From the human T2T-CHM13v2.0 reference genome, Homo sapiens, in assembly GCA_009914755.4 (NCBI GenBank), contig CP068257.2:22112001-22176000 (forward strand): a stretch of 64,000 nucleotides of DNA, in the 5' to 3' direction. Numbering within the stretch: position 1 is the first letter of the stretch; every line of letters begins with the position of its first letter. Below, piece after piece: positions 11,977-27,183 of this stretch. Position numbers and translations under genes: made by a program. The notes beneath the pieces are model-generated. The model did no database searches, had not been told where the DNA came from, and was given only the letters and a program-made list of their open reading frames with translations.

Positions 11977-12381
11977 CGCTGATTTGGTCTAGTTCTGTGT
12001 CCCCACCCAAATCTCATGTGGAATTGTCATTCTCAATTTTGGAGATGGGGCCTGGTGGGAAGTGATTGGATCATGGGGGTGGTTACTAAAGGTTTGGCAT
12101 CATTCCCTTAGTGCTGTCTCATGATAGAGTTCTCAGGAGATCTGGTCGCTTGAAAGTGTGTAGCACTCCTGTCTCTCTCTCTCTCCTGATGGCCATGTGA
12201 AGACAGTGAAGACATGCTTGCTTCCCCTTCACCTTCCACCATGATTGCAAGTTTCCTGAGGCCTCCTCAGCCATGCTTCCTGTAGGGTCTGTGGAACTGT
12301 GAGTCATTTAAGCCTCTTTTCTTTAGAAATTACCCAGTTTCAGGTACGTCTTTATAGCAATCTGAGAACAGACTAATACAC
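11977..12381 (+). mobile_element. MaLR solo LTR (MST/THE1-like; subfamily uncertain)
   Basis: 'tctgtgtccccacccaaatctcatgtggaattg...cctggtgggaagtgattggatcatggggg...tgattgcaagtttcctgaggcctcctcagccatg...gtggaactgtgagtcatttaagcctcttttctttagaaattacccagtttcaggtacgtctttatagcaatctgagaacagactaatacac'. Confidence 0.8.
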
Positions 12382-12504
12382 TTATCAAAATGTCTTATGA
12401 TAGGACTGACTAAGTAAATTTAGAATAGTTGTTCAGGAAGATGATAAGTACAAAACAAAACAGCTTGATTCTCAAGCCATTTCTATAATCACATGCATTT
12501 TTGC

Positions 12505-12508
<4 letters not shown>

Positions 12509-12541
<33 letters not shown>
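12509..12541. repeat. (AC)n dinucleotide microsatellite, ~16 units
   Basis: Directly visible. Confidence 0.95.
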
Positions 12542-12861
12542 ACTCATACAAATGTAATCTGACTTCGTAGTGACCATTGTAATTTTCTTACACAATTTCC
12601 TTAAAATTAAAATTTCTTACACAATTTTCTTAAAATGGTGTCAACTAGAAACATGAATTATTTGCCAGGTTCTTAAAATTTGAAATTTGCTTTGGAATAT
12701 TTAAAAGGGCAAAGCTCACTAATTTTTTTCACAGCCTGGCTCTTCAATAATTTCCTATTACATGATTGTCACCACCATCCATCATGTTATTTCAAAAAGA
12801 AATTTGGGAATTCTTTTCTAACCATAGTAAATCATCAGACATTAAGAAAAAAATGCACCCT

Positions 12862-13557
<696 letters not shown>

Positions 13558-14331
13558 TTAAAGTTTTTAAAAAGTATTTTTAAAGTTCTTTTTAAAATTT
13601 TTTTTCTTCTAATCTTTTACAGAACCACTAAATTGACTGTGGAAAATGGGCAAGTACAAAAAAGTTCACACATAAACGAATAATAATTGTTTTAATTGTA
13701 TAAACCAGAAGTTTTTCTAATAATAATTAATGAAAGGTAAATTATATATAGCAGATTATAGTAACAATGTTATATAATTTTTATCCACCCAATTGTAAGG
13801 GTTAATCAAAAATAAAACTAAGCTGTTATAAGCAGAGAATAGGAATGATATTCTCCATTAGAGAAAATATTGGCTGAATCTTTAAAAAAAAACAGATACT
13901 CTAGTAAAATCTACCAAGAAACTTAAAAATCTCACTTGATTATTTATTCAGTTTTTTTCTATTCTGAAGAAAGAACAGTATTCTAGAAAAAAAATCAATC
14001 TATAAAAGTAGTAATAATTATTTGGCCAAAATTATAGAAATATTTTTCTATGCATAAATATATATATATATAATTTATACATTTTTCTATGTATAAATAT
14101 GTATAAAATTTATAAATGTATTTTAATATTAAGCTCAAAAATGGAAACCTGTGTTATTGCTCCTAATCATGATTCCCCTTTTCCAGTAGAAGGTTTTATA
14201 TTTATCATTGTCCTTTGTCATGTGACTTGCACTACCGTAATATAGGGAGGATGTTATTCTCCACCTCCTTGTCAGGTTGATCATGTGATTTGCTTTGTCA
14301 ACAGAATGTGTGTGAAAGTGATGTACACGAG

Positions 14332-14630
14332 GCTGGGCGCAGTGGTTCACGCCTGTAATCCCAGTACTTTGGGAGGCCGAGGCGGGTGGATCACGAGGTC
14401 AGGAGATCGAGACCATCCTGGCTAACACGGTGAAACCCCGTCTCTACTAAAAATACAAAAAAATAGCCAGGCATGGTGGCGGGCGCCTGTAGTGCCAAAT
14501 ACTCTGGAGGCTGAGGCAGGAGAATGGCGTGAACCCGGGAGGCGGAGGTTGCAGTGAGCCGAGAGATCGCGCCACTGCACTCCAGCCTGGGCAACACAGT
14601 GAGACTCTGCCTCAAAAAAAAAAAAAAAAA
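14332..14630 (+). mobile_element. AluY-like SINE (+) with a perfect 18-bp TSD 'gaaagtgatgtacacgag'
   Basis: TSD at 14314-14331 and 14638-14655. Body is 'ggctgggcgcagtggttcacgcctgtaatcccagtactttgggaggccgaggcgggtggatcacgaggtcaggagatcgagaccatcctggctaacacggtgaaaccccgtctctac...', with low divergence from the AluY consensus. Confidence 0.95.
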
Positions 14631-14859
14631 GTGGTAAGAAAGTGATGTACACGAGTTGTCACTGGAGGTTTAAGAGCCATTCCATGTTTCCAATGCTCTC
14701 CTATTTCTCTTCTGTCAAGAGAAGCACATTGCCTGAATAGGGGTCTGCTCCTTGGGATTGGAGCTCAGCATAGAGAATAGAGCTTGATTAGGTGTAAAGT
14801 TTCATAAAGGATTTTGAAAATTTTTGAAACTGCACAATTTGTACAGTTTTTCAACCTCA

Positions 14860-15180
14860 TATACTATATATGGATACACCACACACGTATGCAAATATAT
14901 GTAAATTAATATATTAAATTAAATTATATAATAGTAAATTGTTAAATTAATAATATAATTTAATAGCTTTTCCTTTGAAGGCATATATGAGAGATTATTT
15001 ATAAAATATTTTAAATAGATAATACAGAAATTTAAAAAATATATAATGTTATATAAAAATATTATATATATATAATGTTATATAAAAATATTATTTTACA
15101 TAATTACATATTATTTATGTATATAGTTTATATAATTTAAATAATATATTATATAAAATCATATTTACTAATTGTTTATT
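14860..15180. repeat. AT-rich low-complexity region, (TA)n/(ATTA)-like
   Basis: 'atatatgtaaattaatatattaaattaaattatataatagtaaattgttaaattaataatataatt...atattatatatatataatgttatataaaaatattatt...'. Confidence 0.8.
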
Positions 15181-16640
15181 AGTATAGATGAGTATACTTT
15201 TTTATTGTTGTATTCATGAAAAGTAGCTTGATAGGCATTTACATTGTTACTGGATCTTTTCATAATCTCAAATATGACTTGAACATTTTAACATCTAGAT
15301 TCATGTTCTGTATCTTAAAACGTTTAATGTTTGATTAAACTAATTTGTTAAACTCATAAGAAAGGAGTGAATTTCCATTTCAGATTTATGTCATTTGCAG
15401 TGTGTACCTACGTAATGTCATGATAGGCATTTTACATTTTTAACTATATATTTTTGAGGAATCCTAAAGGTGCAGTGGATGGTGTCTGCAGTATGCAAGC
15501 CTGGTGGCTGTGGGACCAGCTAAAGTCTGTATTCCAAATTTTATGGAGAAGATCAGGAGAATTATATTCTATGATATATTTAAAAATGTACAAATATGCT
15601 TCAAAAGATTAAAAGTAGTTTGTAACCTACGCAATATTTGAAGAGTAGCTAGCGTATTGATATCTACTTCCTGCATTGTAGCTTTATGTATCTGGTGATG
15701 AAACACCTTTACATGCATCCTGTTCAGAAACCTGGAGCCAAGTAACACTTCATAAAAGTGCTGAAATGGCTACCATTCAACAATATTTCATCATATAGTC
15801 TGTTTTCTATTCATTTCACATTTATTCTCTCATCTTTCATCTATGGACTTCTTTTCTATATTTTCACTAGATAAATTTTTATTATAAAGAGACAACTTTA
15901 GAAGGGGAACTCTGCCAGAGACTCGGTGATTTATTAACAATACAGAGTCTGATTCTTATTAAGTACAGAGGTATAATTTTCATCTCCTCTCCATCCTTTC
16001 CCATTTTCAATTTCTGCTTCTAATTTATGCCCCCAATTCACCTTCTGGTTTATGCCCCCAATTCACCTTCTGGTCTCCACACAATGACCTTCTTCAGCCC
16101 TCACTATCATAATATAGAATCCCCAGCATGAACAGGCAGACTCGCCCTTCTGCAAATAGTGACTCAAGGTCACCTGTCTCTTTCCATTGGGGAATCCAGC
16201 ATCTTTCATCCATAGCTTCCAAGCATGAGACAATGAGATGATGGAGCATAAAAAGTGATGTTTTAAGGGAAAGGCAAAGATACTCTACAGATCACTTTTG
16301 TTATCATTCTTATAAATTCTGCTTCACATAGCCCCAACCTAATGGGGAGAAACTTAGAGTGGCATTCCCTTTTGTGCATAGGAAGTATAAACAGAGCTGA
16401 TGATCACATAACTAATTTCTTCCATATGATCTTCTACCTAAAATACATGAATATATTCAAAGGTAAATTTAAATATTAAGCTACATTTATTAATTCCACA
16501 AATATATCATATGTGCACTGTATGACAAGCACTATGGGATGCACTATATATATAAGTGTTATAAGTGCTAACAAAATCCAGACCCTACTTTTGAGTAATA
16601 CAAATAATGACGCGATATTGTTGTATTTCTTTTTGTCTTC

Positions 16641-16936
16641 TTTTTTTTTTTCTTTTTGAGATGGAGTCTCACTTTGTCGCCCAGGCTGGGATGCAATGGC
16701 GATCTTGGCTCAATGCAACCTCCACCTGCCAAGTTCAAGTGATTCTCCTGCCTCAGCCTCCCTAGTATTTGGAACTACAGGCATGTGCCACTATCCCCTG
16801 CTAATTTTTTGTATTTTTAGTAGAGAAGGGGTTTCACTGTGTTAGCAAAGATGGTCTCGATCTCCTGACCTCTTGACCTACCCGCCTCGGCCTCCCAAAA
16901 TGCTGGGATTACAGGTGTGAGCCATGGCACCTGGCC
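16641..16936 (-). mobile_element. Alu SINE (-) with a 13-bp TSD 'tctttttgtcttc'
   Basis: TSD at 16628-16640 and 16937-16949. Body is the reverse complement of Alu ('gagatggagtctcactttgtcgcccaggctgg...gctgggattacaggtgtgagccatggcacctggcc'). Confidence 0.93.
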
Positions 16937-17364
16937 TCTTTTTGTCTTCTTAATACTATTTTATCTAATGGCTTTTGTCAGCCATGGTGGTCAGTGAAAA
17001 AATATATGATAAAACTTACTGAACTGAATACAGCTACTAAATCATATTTTTTCACTTCAGCATAATTGTTTGTGTTTGAAACACCATAACTGCAAAACAT
17101 GAAGGATATAAAAGATGGGCAAAACACAGCAAATAAAAGGAAAGCATAATAGTGACATGACTTTGATGAAATTAATTTCTTATTTAAAATATTTTTATAC
17201 CCCTAACAAATAAAAGATCTTAAGATATCGTACCTAACATCTTTACTGACTTTTTAATGAGAAATGTAGTTTTACAGTGATTTAGTAATTTTTTGCATAA
17301 AGTTTACTGAAAATAAAAGAATATTTCTAATGTATGTGGGGTTTTTTTAGCACCTTCTGAACAG

Positions 17365-17677
<313 letters not shown>

Positions 17678-18449
17678 CTACGCTTTGGGGAAAAAAAATT
17701 AGATAGAGCTCAGATGTTTAGAGCTTGCAGTCTGGGTCAATGGTTAGACATCTAAACAGATATGATATCATAATGAGGTAAGTACAAAGAGAGTTAGACA
17801 CTAAGTTACTTCCCTATGTCAGTGACTCAAATTGCTTTGAGTACACAGATCCTTCCCAGCAGCTAATTATGGTACAATTTGATGAAATGTGTGTAGAGTG
17901 TCACCAGTACACAAATCATGGTTTGTTCCAAATTACTGCTGAATACCTCCTTTTAGGTGTCCACTCTTCTATCCCATCAAATTCTCTATTTATATAACTC
18001 ATTTACACACCAGAACTAGATCAAGCCGTAGTGTGCAGCACTTTCCCCTTTACTACAGTGCAGAAGAGTGCAGTGTTCATGAACTCAGGCTTAAAGTAGG
18101 GGCTCAAAACCATGACTTTGCTACCTACCAGGCTGGAAAGGATATTTCACTTATCATGCTTAAAAGTGTTTTTTTTTCCCTTCCTGAGAAAAGTTGGAAA
18201 AAGAATACTACTTATCTTAGCAAGTGTTACAATGTAAGCAGAGGCTTAGCATAGAATTAAATGTATGGTGCTCATTAAATGACAATATATAAACTGTAGT
18301 AGTTGCTGTCAACATTGATATTATCATTATTACATCATTTTGTGTGAATCTGTATAATAACTTTTGTAATTTTGTAATTAATAAAGGGATGGAAATTGCA
18401 AAAAGAGAAATGATTGCTTTGTTAATTGATTAATATGTGGCATTATACG

Positions 18450-18600
18450 CACAGTGGTTAAAAGCATGGCCTTTGAATGAAAATTGCCTTGGTTTAAATC
18501 TCACGTTACCTTCTAACTTATGGTCTAAACTTGGTAAAAATACGTATTTTTTCCTACTTCAGTTTCCCCAGCAAATAAATTGAGAAAATAATAGTTCCTT
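18450..18600 (+). mobile_element. MIR SINE, 5' portion; the element is split by a nested insertion
   Basis: 'ggttaaaagcatggcctttgaatgaaaattgccttggtttaaatctcacgttaccttctaacttatggtc...cttcagtttccccagcaaataaattgagaaaataatag' resembles the MIR core ('...cctgggttcgaatcc...cctcagtttcctcatctgtaaaatggggataata'). Confidence 0.55.
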
Positions 18601-18602
18601 TA

Positions 18603-19095
18603 TATTTGTCAGGGTTTTCCAGAGAAACAGGACCAATAAAATGCATATATATACATGTATGTGTGTGTATTTATTATTAAATATGAGGAATTGACTCACA
18701 TAATTATGGAGGCTGCGAAGCCTCATAATCTCCTTTCTCACAGCTGTAGACCCAGGAAAGCTGGTGGTGCAATTCAGTCTAAGTGTGAAGGCCTGAGAAC
18801 CAGAGGAACCAATGATGTAAATGCCAGTTCCAGAATGAGAGAAGATGAGATGTCCAGTCAAGCAGTGGGGCAGAAAAGAAAATGAGAGATGAGGGGCAGA
18901 TTACTCTTTCCTCTACCTTTTGTTCTATTGAGGGCCTTAAGAGATTGGACAATGATACCCACCACACTGAGAAGGCAATCTACTGTACTGAATTATCCAA
19001 TTCCAATGCTAATCCCTTCCACAAACACCCTCTCAGAAACAGCCGAAATAATGATTGGTCTGGGCACACCAAGGCCCAGTCAAGTTGACACATGA
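18603..19095. mobile_element. Ancient interspersed repeat nested inside the MIR (family not confidently named; recognisable 'gggttttccagagaaacag...ggaattgactcacataattatggaggctg...ggcccagtcaagttgacacatgagattaac' consensus)
   Basis: Matches a widespread mammalian repeat consensus that I recall but cannot name with confidence. MIR halves on both sides. Confidence 0.4.
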
Positions 19096-19230
19096 GATTA
19101 ACTATCATACCCTCTGTCCTGAATTTACCATGAAATTGTATGAAGTGAAATATGTAAAGTGCTTAGCATGATACCTTGCACATAATAAGTACTATGTAAG
19201 TGAATGCTTTGTCACTAATACTACTGTTTT
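19096..19230 (+). mobile_element. MIR SINE, 3' portion
   Basis: '...atgtaaagtgcttagcatgataccttgcacataataagtactatgtaagtgaatgc' resembles the MIR 3' end ('atgcatgtaaagcgcttagcacagtgcctggcacatagtaagcgctcaataaatg'). Confidence 0.55.
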
Positions 19231-20863
19231 AATTATAGTATTCATGATACTATTAATATCCTCTTGGAAAGCATATGAAGTATATGGGATTCCTCTGATC
19301 TCTTATATTCCCAATATTGAGATCACTTATTCCCTGCCTCTTTGTAAGGTCTCCTTCTTTTTTTGGCTGTTACCACATTAAGGGTAAAATGCTGTCTCAG
19401 GGATTCAAAATTCTTTTTCTGAAACCTGGCAAATTGTCTCCCTAACCACTTCTTCATGACATAGATCATGCCTAATGCATTGAAGACATACAGCATTCTT
19501 ATTCCTTCAACAAAATTGTGGTGGAGCACCTGCCAGGTGTTGCTATCACAGCAGCTATGCATTTTCCTCACACTCATCTGGGGCTTTTCCATCACGTGCT
19601 CGGCCCTTCATCTCATCACTTGTAGACATAAAACTGTTCCTAGTGTTCTCTCCTTGAAACTTTTCCTTCCCTTATCTGTATTTTTTCCCTAAAAGAGTTC
19701 CTTCAAATCTACAATTTTAAACGCCAACTATCTCACTATGCTTAGTCTTTCTCCTAAACTAGCTCAAAACTCTGGTTATCAAAGGCATGATAACATCTCT
19801 CCCCCACCACAACTGGTAGCCCATTGGCATTGAAGATTCACCTCGTACAAAACTGAACACCTCTCTTCATCCACCTTACTTCCTAAAAAGGGTATCTTTT
19901 GTCATTGGTGTCACCATTTATTCAACTTTCCGTCATGACTTATAAAGATATCATGGATTCCTCCCTATCTGTTACTCCCCATGACCCCAGTCAATTATCA
20001 AATCTTGCTAATCCAAAGGTGACATGTCTCCCCACCGCTACTGCTGTCTCAGTCTAAACTTCATCATTTCTTAAGTTAATTACTGAAATAGCCCCTTGAC
20101 TATCCTGTAATATTTCATCACTTATAGATCAGAATATCATTATGTCATTTTCCTATTTAAGAGCATTAAGTAATTTGCAATGTCCTTGAATAAAGTTCAC
20201 AGTCCTGAGCATGGGTTATAAATCCATGCATGATATGATCCTTGTATATCTTCTAACCTCATCCATCTTATTTGCTTTGGTTCCCAATTCAGATCTACTT
20301 AAGAAGGCATTTATTTCTTCTCCTATGATAGCCCCTCTGTTTAAAATTTCCTTTCCTCCTTCATTTCAAAATGAAAAGAAATCATTTTCTCTTATTAAAG
20401 CTGCTTTTAATCACTTCTGTATAAATGTAGGAGTCTATCAATATGACATTCTTATTATCCCTCAACATTCTTACATGCTTTTTTTCAAACTGTCTCAAAA
20501 TCATTTACATTTTTGCCTAATTTCCCTGCTGGTCTGTGAATCCCTTGTAGTCTGATTCTGAGACACAGTCTTAGTTCTAATATAAGCAGGCACAGCAGGT
20601 CTTGACATATTGTAGATTCTCAGATTTTTTTTTTTGAAATGATGAACAATGGAATAAATAAATCAATGAAGCATGTTGATTGGGAGAATTTTTTTAGAAG
20701 ATGGTTGATGTGATTATACTCAGATATGTTGCATTGGGTAAGACTTTTAGGAAACTGGTAAATTCATAGTTTAATATTTATAAAATCAACAATCAAAAAC
20801 AAAATTTTGAGACAGTGTGTTCTCACATATTAGAAACCATTTACTTATAAAAAAATGACTTCA

Positions 20864-21198
<335 letters not shown>

Positions 21199-21501
21199 TT
21201 AATGGTTCATTCAATTTTTGATTAACTTAGGCAGACTTTCCTAATAGGCTAATTTGCATCCACTCAAAATTCATAGTTTCAAGCTCTAATGCCCAAGGTG
21301 ATCGTATTTGAGGAAAAGCCTTTTGGGAGGTAATTGGGGTGGGGCTCTCGTAATAGAATTAGTCTCCTTATAGCAAGAGGCCAGAGAAATTTCTCACTTT
21401 CTCTCTTTCTTTTGTGTACATGCTAAACACAGAAAGATGGCATGTGAGCACACAGAGAGATGCTGACTGCCTACAAGCCAGGAAACATGTCCTGAGAATA
21501 A

Positions 21502-21726
<225 letters not shown>

Positions 21727-23621
21727 TAAATCTGGTGTTTTGTTATGGCAGCACAAGAAGACTAACACAACTTTATTATGACACCAGTGGAATTCTTAGT
21801 ACATGGGATCTCAGCAGTTAAAACGGCTGAAGAGATTACCGTGGCCGATCTTCTATGAGTGCAAGAACCACCTTTCTAACAATTCTGAAGTGTTATTATT
21901 TAAATGTCAGTGGAAAAATGTACTGTGAAATGGAATCAATTTGGTATTGCCAGTTATTAATTCTATTGCTAATTAATATTAATATTTTCCTCCAGAAAAA
22001 AAATATATCTATTTCTGTACTTAGAAGAAGATTAAGAAATGTAAAAGTATGTACTATTATTATCTATGGGTGTTGAGATTACAAGAGTTTCTTAATTTTT
22101 TCTGTATATTTTAAATATTTTTCAAATTTTCTAAAATGTTTTTCTAAAAATTAACTGAGGAAAAAATAAAATTAGACAAAGAGAAAAAGAATGAAAGAAA
22201 TATAGAGAGAGGCTATTTCTGTGCTGAAGTAAAAGATCCCTCCTGTTTACTACTCTTAAACAAAAAAAAATTGTCTTTAATGAATATGATGCTTCTACAA
22301 GTATCTAGCTATGATAGTCATTATCACTCCCTTTAGATTTCTCTTTTTAAAGTTAATAATAATCTTATTTCTTCTGCATGTATCCCTGCATTTATTTCAG
22401 AAAAGCTCCCTGAGGTGATGGCAAAATGTTTGGGATTATTAATTGAATTATTTTTCTGCTGTGTTATTTTTCAAAAAAAAAAAACTCAAGTGTATTTTTA
22501 AAAAATATATGGGTTACAGTACATGAACCCAAATTTTGACTATATTTCTTAAAATATATATTATTCTATCTTAACGACATGGTTTTACCTATGACATTTA
22601 ATCCCGTATTTAATTGTTCTCATCTCAATATTTTATATTGGAGGTGATAGAGATAATTATTTCTGTACAATTAATGCTTATATATTATACATGAAAGAAA
22701 AATACATGTAAAAGAATAATTAGCAAAATAATCTAAAAATTTTCTGTTTTGTTGACTTCAGTGAAGAGAAAATACATTAGGTCAACTAAAGATTTATGCA
22801 TTTATTTTAAGTTATGTGAAAATATTGAGTTCATCTGAGTTTTAACTATAAGAGATAATGACACACGTCACATATTCATGTGACACTCAATCATAATTTT
22901 ATTAGGAAAGGAACCAAAGCAGTTATAAACTAAGAAGACTTTGGTTCAATTAAAAATATTAATACTATTGAAAACATACAAGAAATAATGATGGTATTTA
23001 ATTAATGCATTAGTAACCCTTTATAGATTATAACATATCACTGGTTGATTTTGCCACCATGCTGGGTATTAATGACATTACTTATCAATCTATAAATCTA
23101 ACTAATGTAGCGTATATATGAATGGCAACTAAATTTTAGATATTATATTTCATTTGTGTGGCCCATTTTATAAATGTATACTTTTTTGTACTTATTTATC
23201 TATTTACTTATCTCATATGACAGAGTTGATTTACAGTATTTTTCTTGTCATTAAATTAAATCTCCCCATCTGAGACAGAATCATTAAGAGCAGCCACACC
23301 TAAAGAATAGCTACTGCTATTTAACATACAGTTACCTTGCCTAGAATAACAGGAATTAGATACAGGCATTTATAGGATAGTTTATTGAATATTATCACCC
23401 CCTTTTAAGAGTGTTACCTTAAATCATATAAAATACATTTTGACAGAAATTTGGTATCTATTTATCCTACAAAAAACTTCTTTTAAAAATTTATGTTCTT
23501 TAAACTTTTCTACATTTTTTCCCATTTGCTGCTCTTCATATTTTTATTCTATCTGGAAAAATCATAGAGCATCATGAAATTTAATTTTGGGAAAATTACT
23601 GGCTTAAGGAGAATATGGTCA

Positions 23622-24077
23622 CTGATATGGTTTGGCTGTATCCTCACCCAAATCTCATCTTGAATTCCTACGTGTTATGGGAGTAACCTGGTGGGAGGTA
23701 ATTGAATCATGGGGACAGGTCTTTCCTGTACTGTTCTGTCACTGATATGCTTTGGCTGTGTCTCTACCCAAATCTCATCTTAAATTCCCATTTGTTGTGG
23801 GAGGAATCTGGTGGGAGGTAACTGAAATCTTGGAGGCAGGTCTTTCCTGTACTGTTCTGGTGGTAGTGATGGTTTTGAAACTGGGAGTTTCCCTACACAA
23901 GTTCTCTTTGCTTACTGCCATTCATGTAAGACGTGACTTGCTCTTCCTTGCCTTCCACCATGATTGTGAGGCTTCCCCAGCCACGTGGAACTGTAAGTCC
24001 AATTAGACCTCTTTCCTTCGTAAATTGCCCAGTCTTGGGTGTGTCTTTATCAGCAGTATGAAAACAGACTGTTACAG
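23622..24077 (+). mobile_element. MaLR solo LTR (THE1/MST-like) whose first ~120 bp is tandemly duplicated (23622-23741 and 23743-23862)
   Basis: 'tgatatggtttggctgtatcctcacccaaatctcatcttgaattcc...ggtgggaggtaattgaatcatgggg' and then the same 5' LTR sequence again. Body continues '...catgtaagacgtgacttgctcttccttgccttccaccatgattgtgaggcttccccagccacgtggaactgtaagtccaatt...aaattgcccagtcttgggtgtgtctttatcagcagtatgaaaacagactgttacag'. Confidence 0.8.
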
Positions 24078-24436
24078 TCACCTATAAATGAACTATGTCA
24101 AAACAAACATTCCATGGATTATTAAATCCATTGATATTAATGATTTATTTACATACATAAACAAAACAAAAAGTCACTTAACAATGGCAATAATAATAAT
24201 GTTTGTTTGCATTTATTAAGCTCTTAATATGTAGGAGGCACTGTTCTAAGCCCTTTACATGTATGAATTTATTAAAACAAATTATCTGGCAATTAATTGA
24301 ATTTGAGAAAGTTTGAGCCAAGTTGATCCATCTCCGTTCTATTATTTAAGGCCAATAGGTCAAACAGATAAAATTACTCACCTGGCATTAATGTTTATAT
24401 TGGAACAAAGATATCAGCTTAAAGAATGTCTGCATC

Positions 24437-24816
<380 letters not shown>

Positions 24817-26150
24817 TTAGTTGTCTATTAATTCACTTCAGTGTTAGTTATGAGTTGATCCTAAAAATAGAAATATTGCATTCACCAATTATATTAGGTG
24901 AAGAGTTGAAAAAGTTACCTATTTTTTTTCTTCTGTCTGTGGATTTTATTCACTCCCTATGCGTACCAAAGAACACACAATCAACACAAGCTTCCAGATG
25001 CAGAGATTTGTTCTGAACTCTGTGGAGCAGGTTTGCTTAACAGCAAGCATTCTCTCATCAATTTTACCTTCAGCATTTGAGATTTCGTTAACTCCTTAAG
25101 CTAATTCAAATATTGACATTTTTCAGCACTGTTCATTTTGTAATCAGGGAGCAACAGAAAAAAAAGATGAGAAAGCACATCACAAAATCACATAAATTCA
25201 AAAGACATATTTGTATCTCACACAAATAGTACCTCTGAGCTCCAACAAGAGTAATTCAGTGGCAAGCCTGAAAGTATTGATTTGTTCAAACCCCCCCAAG
25301 GGCCATGCCCTTTCTCTATTTAGTGAGAAAAAAATACAAAAATGTGTCATTTATAACAAAGATTTTAATATCAAGCTGATCAAAAGCTATGTTATAATGG
25401 CCCACGTACTCATTAAATTTTAAATTTATTTTTAGTATTTTTTCATTACTTAGATTTATTTATTTCTATACATTTTAGTATCATAACATCCTCCCCCTTT
25501 CAACGAATCTGAGAGTACAATTTTCCTTCACAGTCGACAGTCATTCTTCTCAAGAAGAGAAATAATTTTGGAAATGATGAAGAATGAGATTGCCTTGCTG
25601 ATTTTAATCCAAAAGATGCTTTGAGGTGAAATCTGACAGAGGGTCCCTGCGGATATTTTATACTGTATCAGCATTGCCGTTGTCTTTCCTAATCAGCAGT
25701 TTTATCTATTCTCCATGGTAGGGCATAGATATTTTTTTTATGCTTGAGATTTCACAGAATGGGAAGTCTGAAGCCCTGAAGATTTCTGATCACATTTTTC
25801 AAAAGCATCATAACTTATTCATTCATCACTTGTGGTTCCACACATACATGCAATTACCATATGTATCTCTCTCTGCTAAGGCCTATGTTACCATGGAGAC
25901 AATGGACTTCTTTGATATTTGAGGACACTGGTCACTTTTACTACTCGCTGAAATGTGGTTTTAGCTAATATCATTAGGTTAAGTTATTCAAACAACCCAG
26001 TTAAATTTATCATATTAAACACTACCAATTATATTTTCAACTTACAATTTATGCATAACACAAAACTACCTTTAGAACATGCCTGAGTCTGTTGCTTAAC
26101 AGTACATGTTCACAAAATTAAACACAAGTACAAAAATTATTCATATCTAA

Positions 26151-26497
<347 letters not shown>

Positions 26498-26952
26498 CCT
26501 CTTAATTTTAAATGCACGCTTCAGATGTGTAGGAAAGGTAAATTTTTTTCTCTATTTTCTCTTGCCTTAAGATTCTCTGCCTTAGATTTTTATATCAAAG
26601 TATGCAGTGTCATTTGTATAGTAATATCTACTTCCATGACAGAGAAACAAATCTAGTAAACTAACTCAAACTAACACATTAATAACAATGAATTTGACAT
26701 ACAAAAGTATTTGTATTTTATCAAAAGATTTCTTATAGAATGTATTCATCCTAGGGAGGTTCCATAATGGAAGTATGAGATCCTGGGGCATCTTTTCCTT
26801 GGAGAATTTTAGACGATATCTGACCTTCAATATGTGATAAGAAACTGCCCTGTCATCAAAGTCAATGTTATCACTGTTAAGTGAGGATTTGTTTGTGTTA
26901 AATTAAATGATTAATGGATGTGGGAAATTATGTCTTAATAAGAAAATAGAAT

Positions 26953-27183
26953 TAGCCTGGGCAACATGGCAAAACCCCGTTTCTACAAAAAATGCAAAAA
27001 TTAGCCAGGCCTGGTGGCTTGTGCTTGTAGTCTCAGCTACTAGGGAGGCTGAGGTAGGAGGATCGCTTGAACCTGGGAAGCGGAAGGCTGCAGTAAGCCA
27101 AGATCATGTCACTGCACTCCAACCTGAGTGACAGAGTGAGACCCTGTCTCAAAATAAATAAATAGATAAATAAATAAAAAACA
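26953..27183 (+). mobile_element. 5'-truncated Alu (+, from about consensus position 90) with an (AAAT)n tail and TSD 'gaaaatagaatt'
   Basis: 'attagcctgggcaacatggcaaaaccccgtttctacaaaaaatgcaaaaattagccaggcctggtggcttgtgcttgtagtctcagctactagggaggctgaggtaggaggatcgcttgaacctgggaag...'. 'gaaaatagaatt' at 26941-26952 and 27198-27209. Confidence 0.85.

Noticed and set aside
20211-20555. 114-aa plus ORF in unique-looking sequence
   Set aside because: No start-codon context, hydrophobic low-complexity translation, AT-rich surroundings without splice signals I can pair. I have no way to show conservation. Most likely chance ORF in AT-rich DNA.
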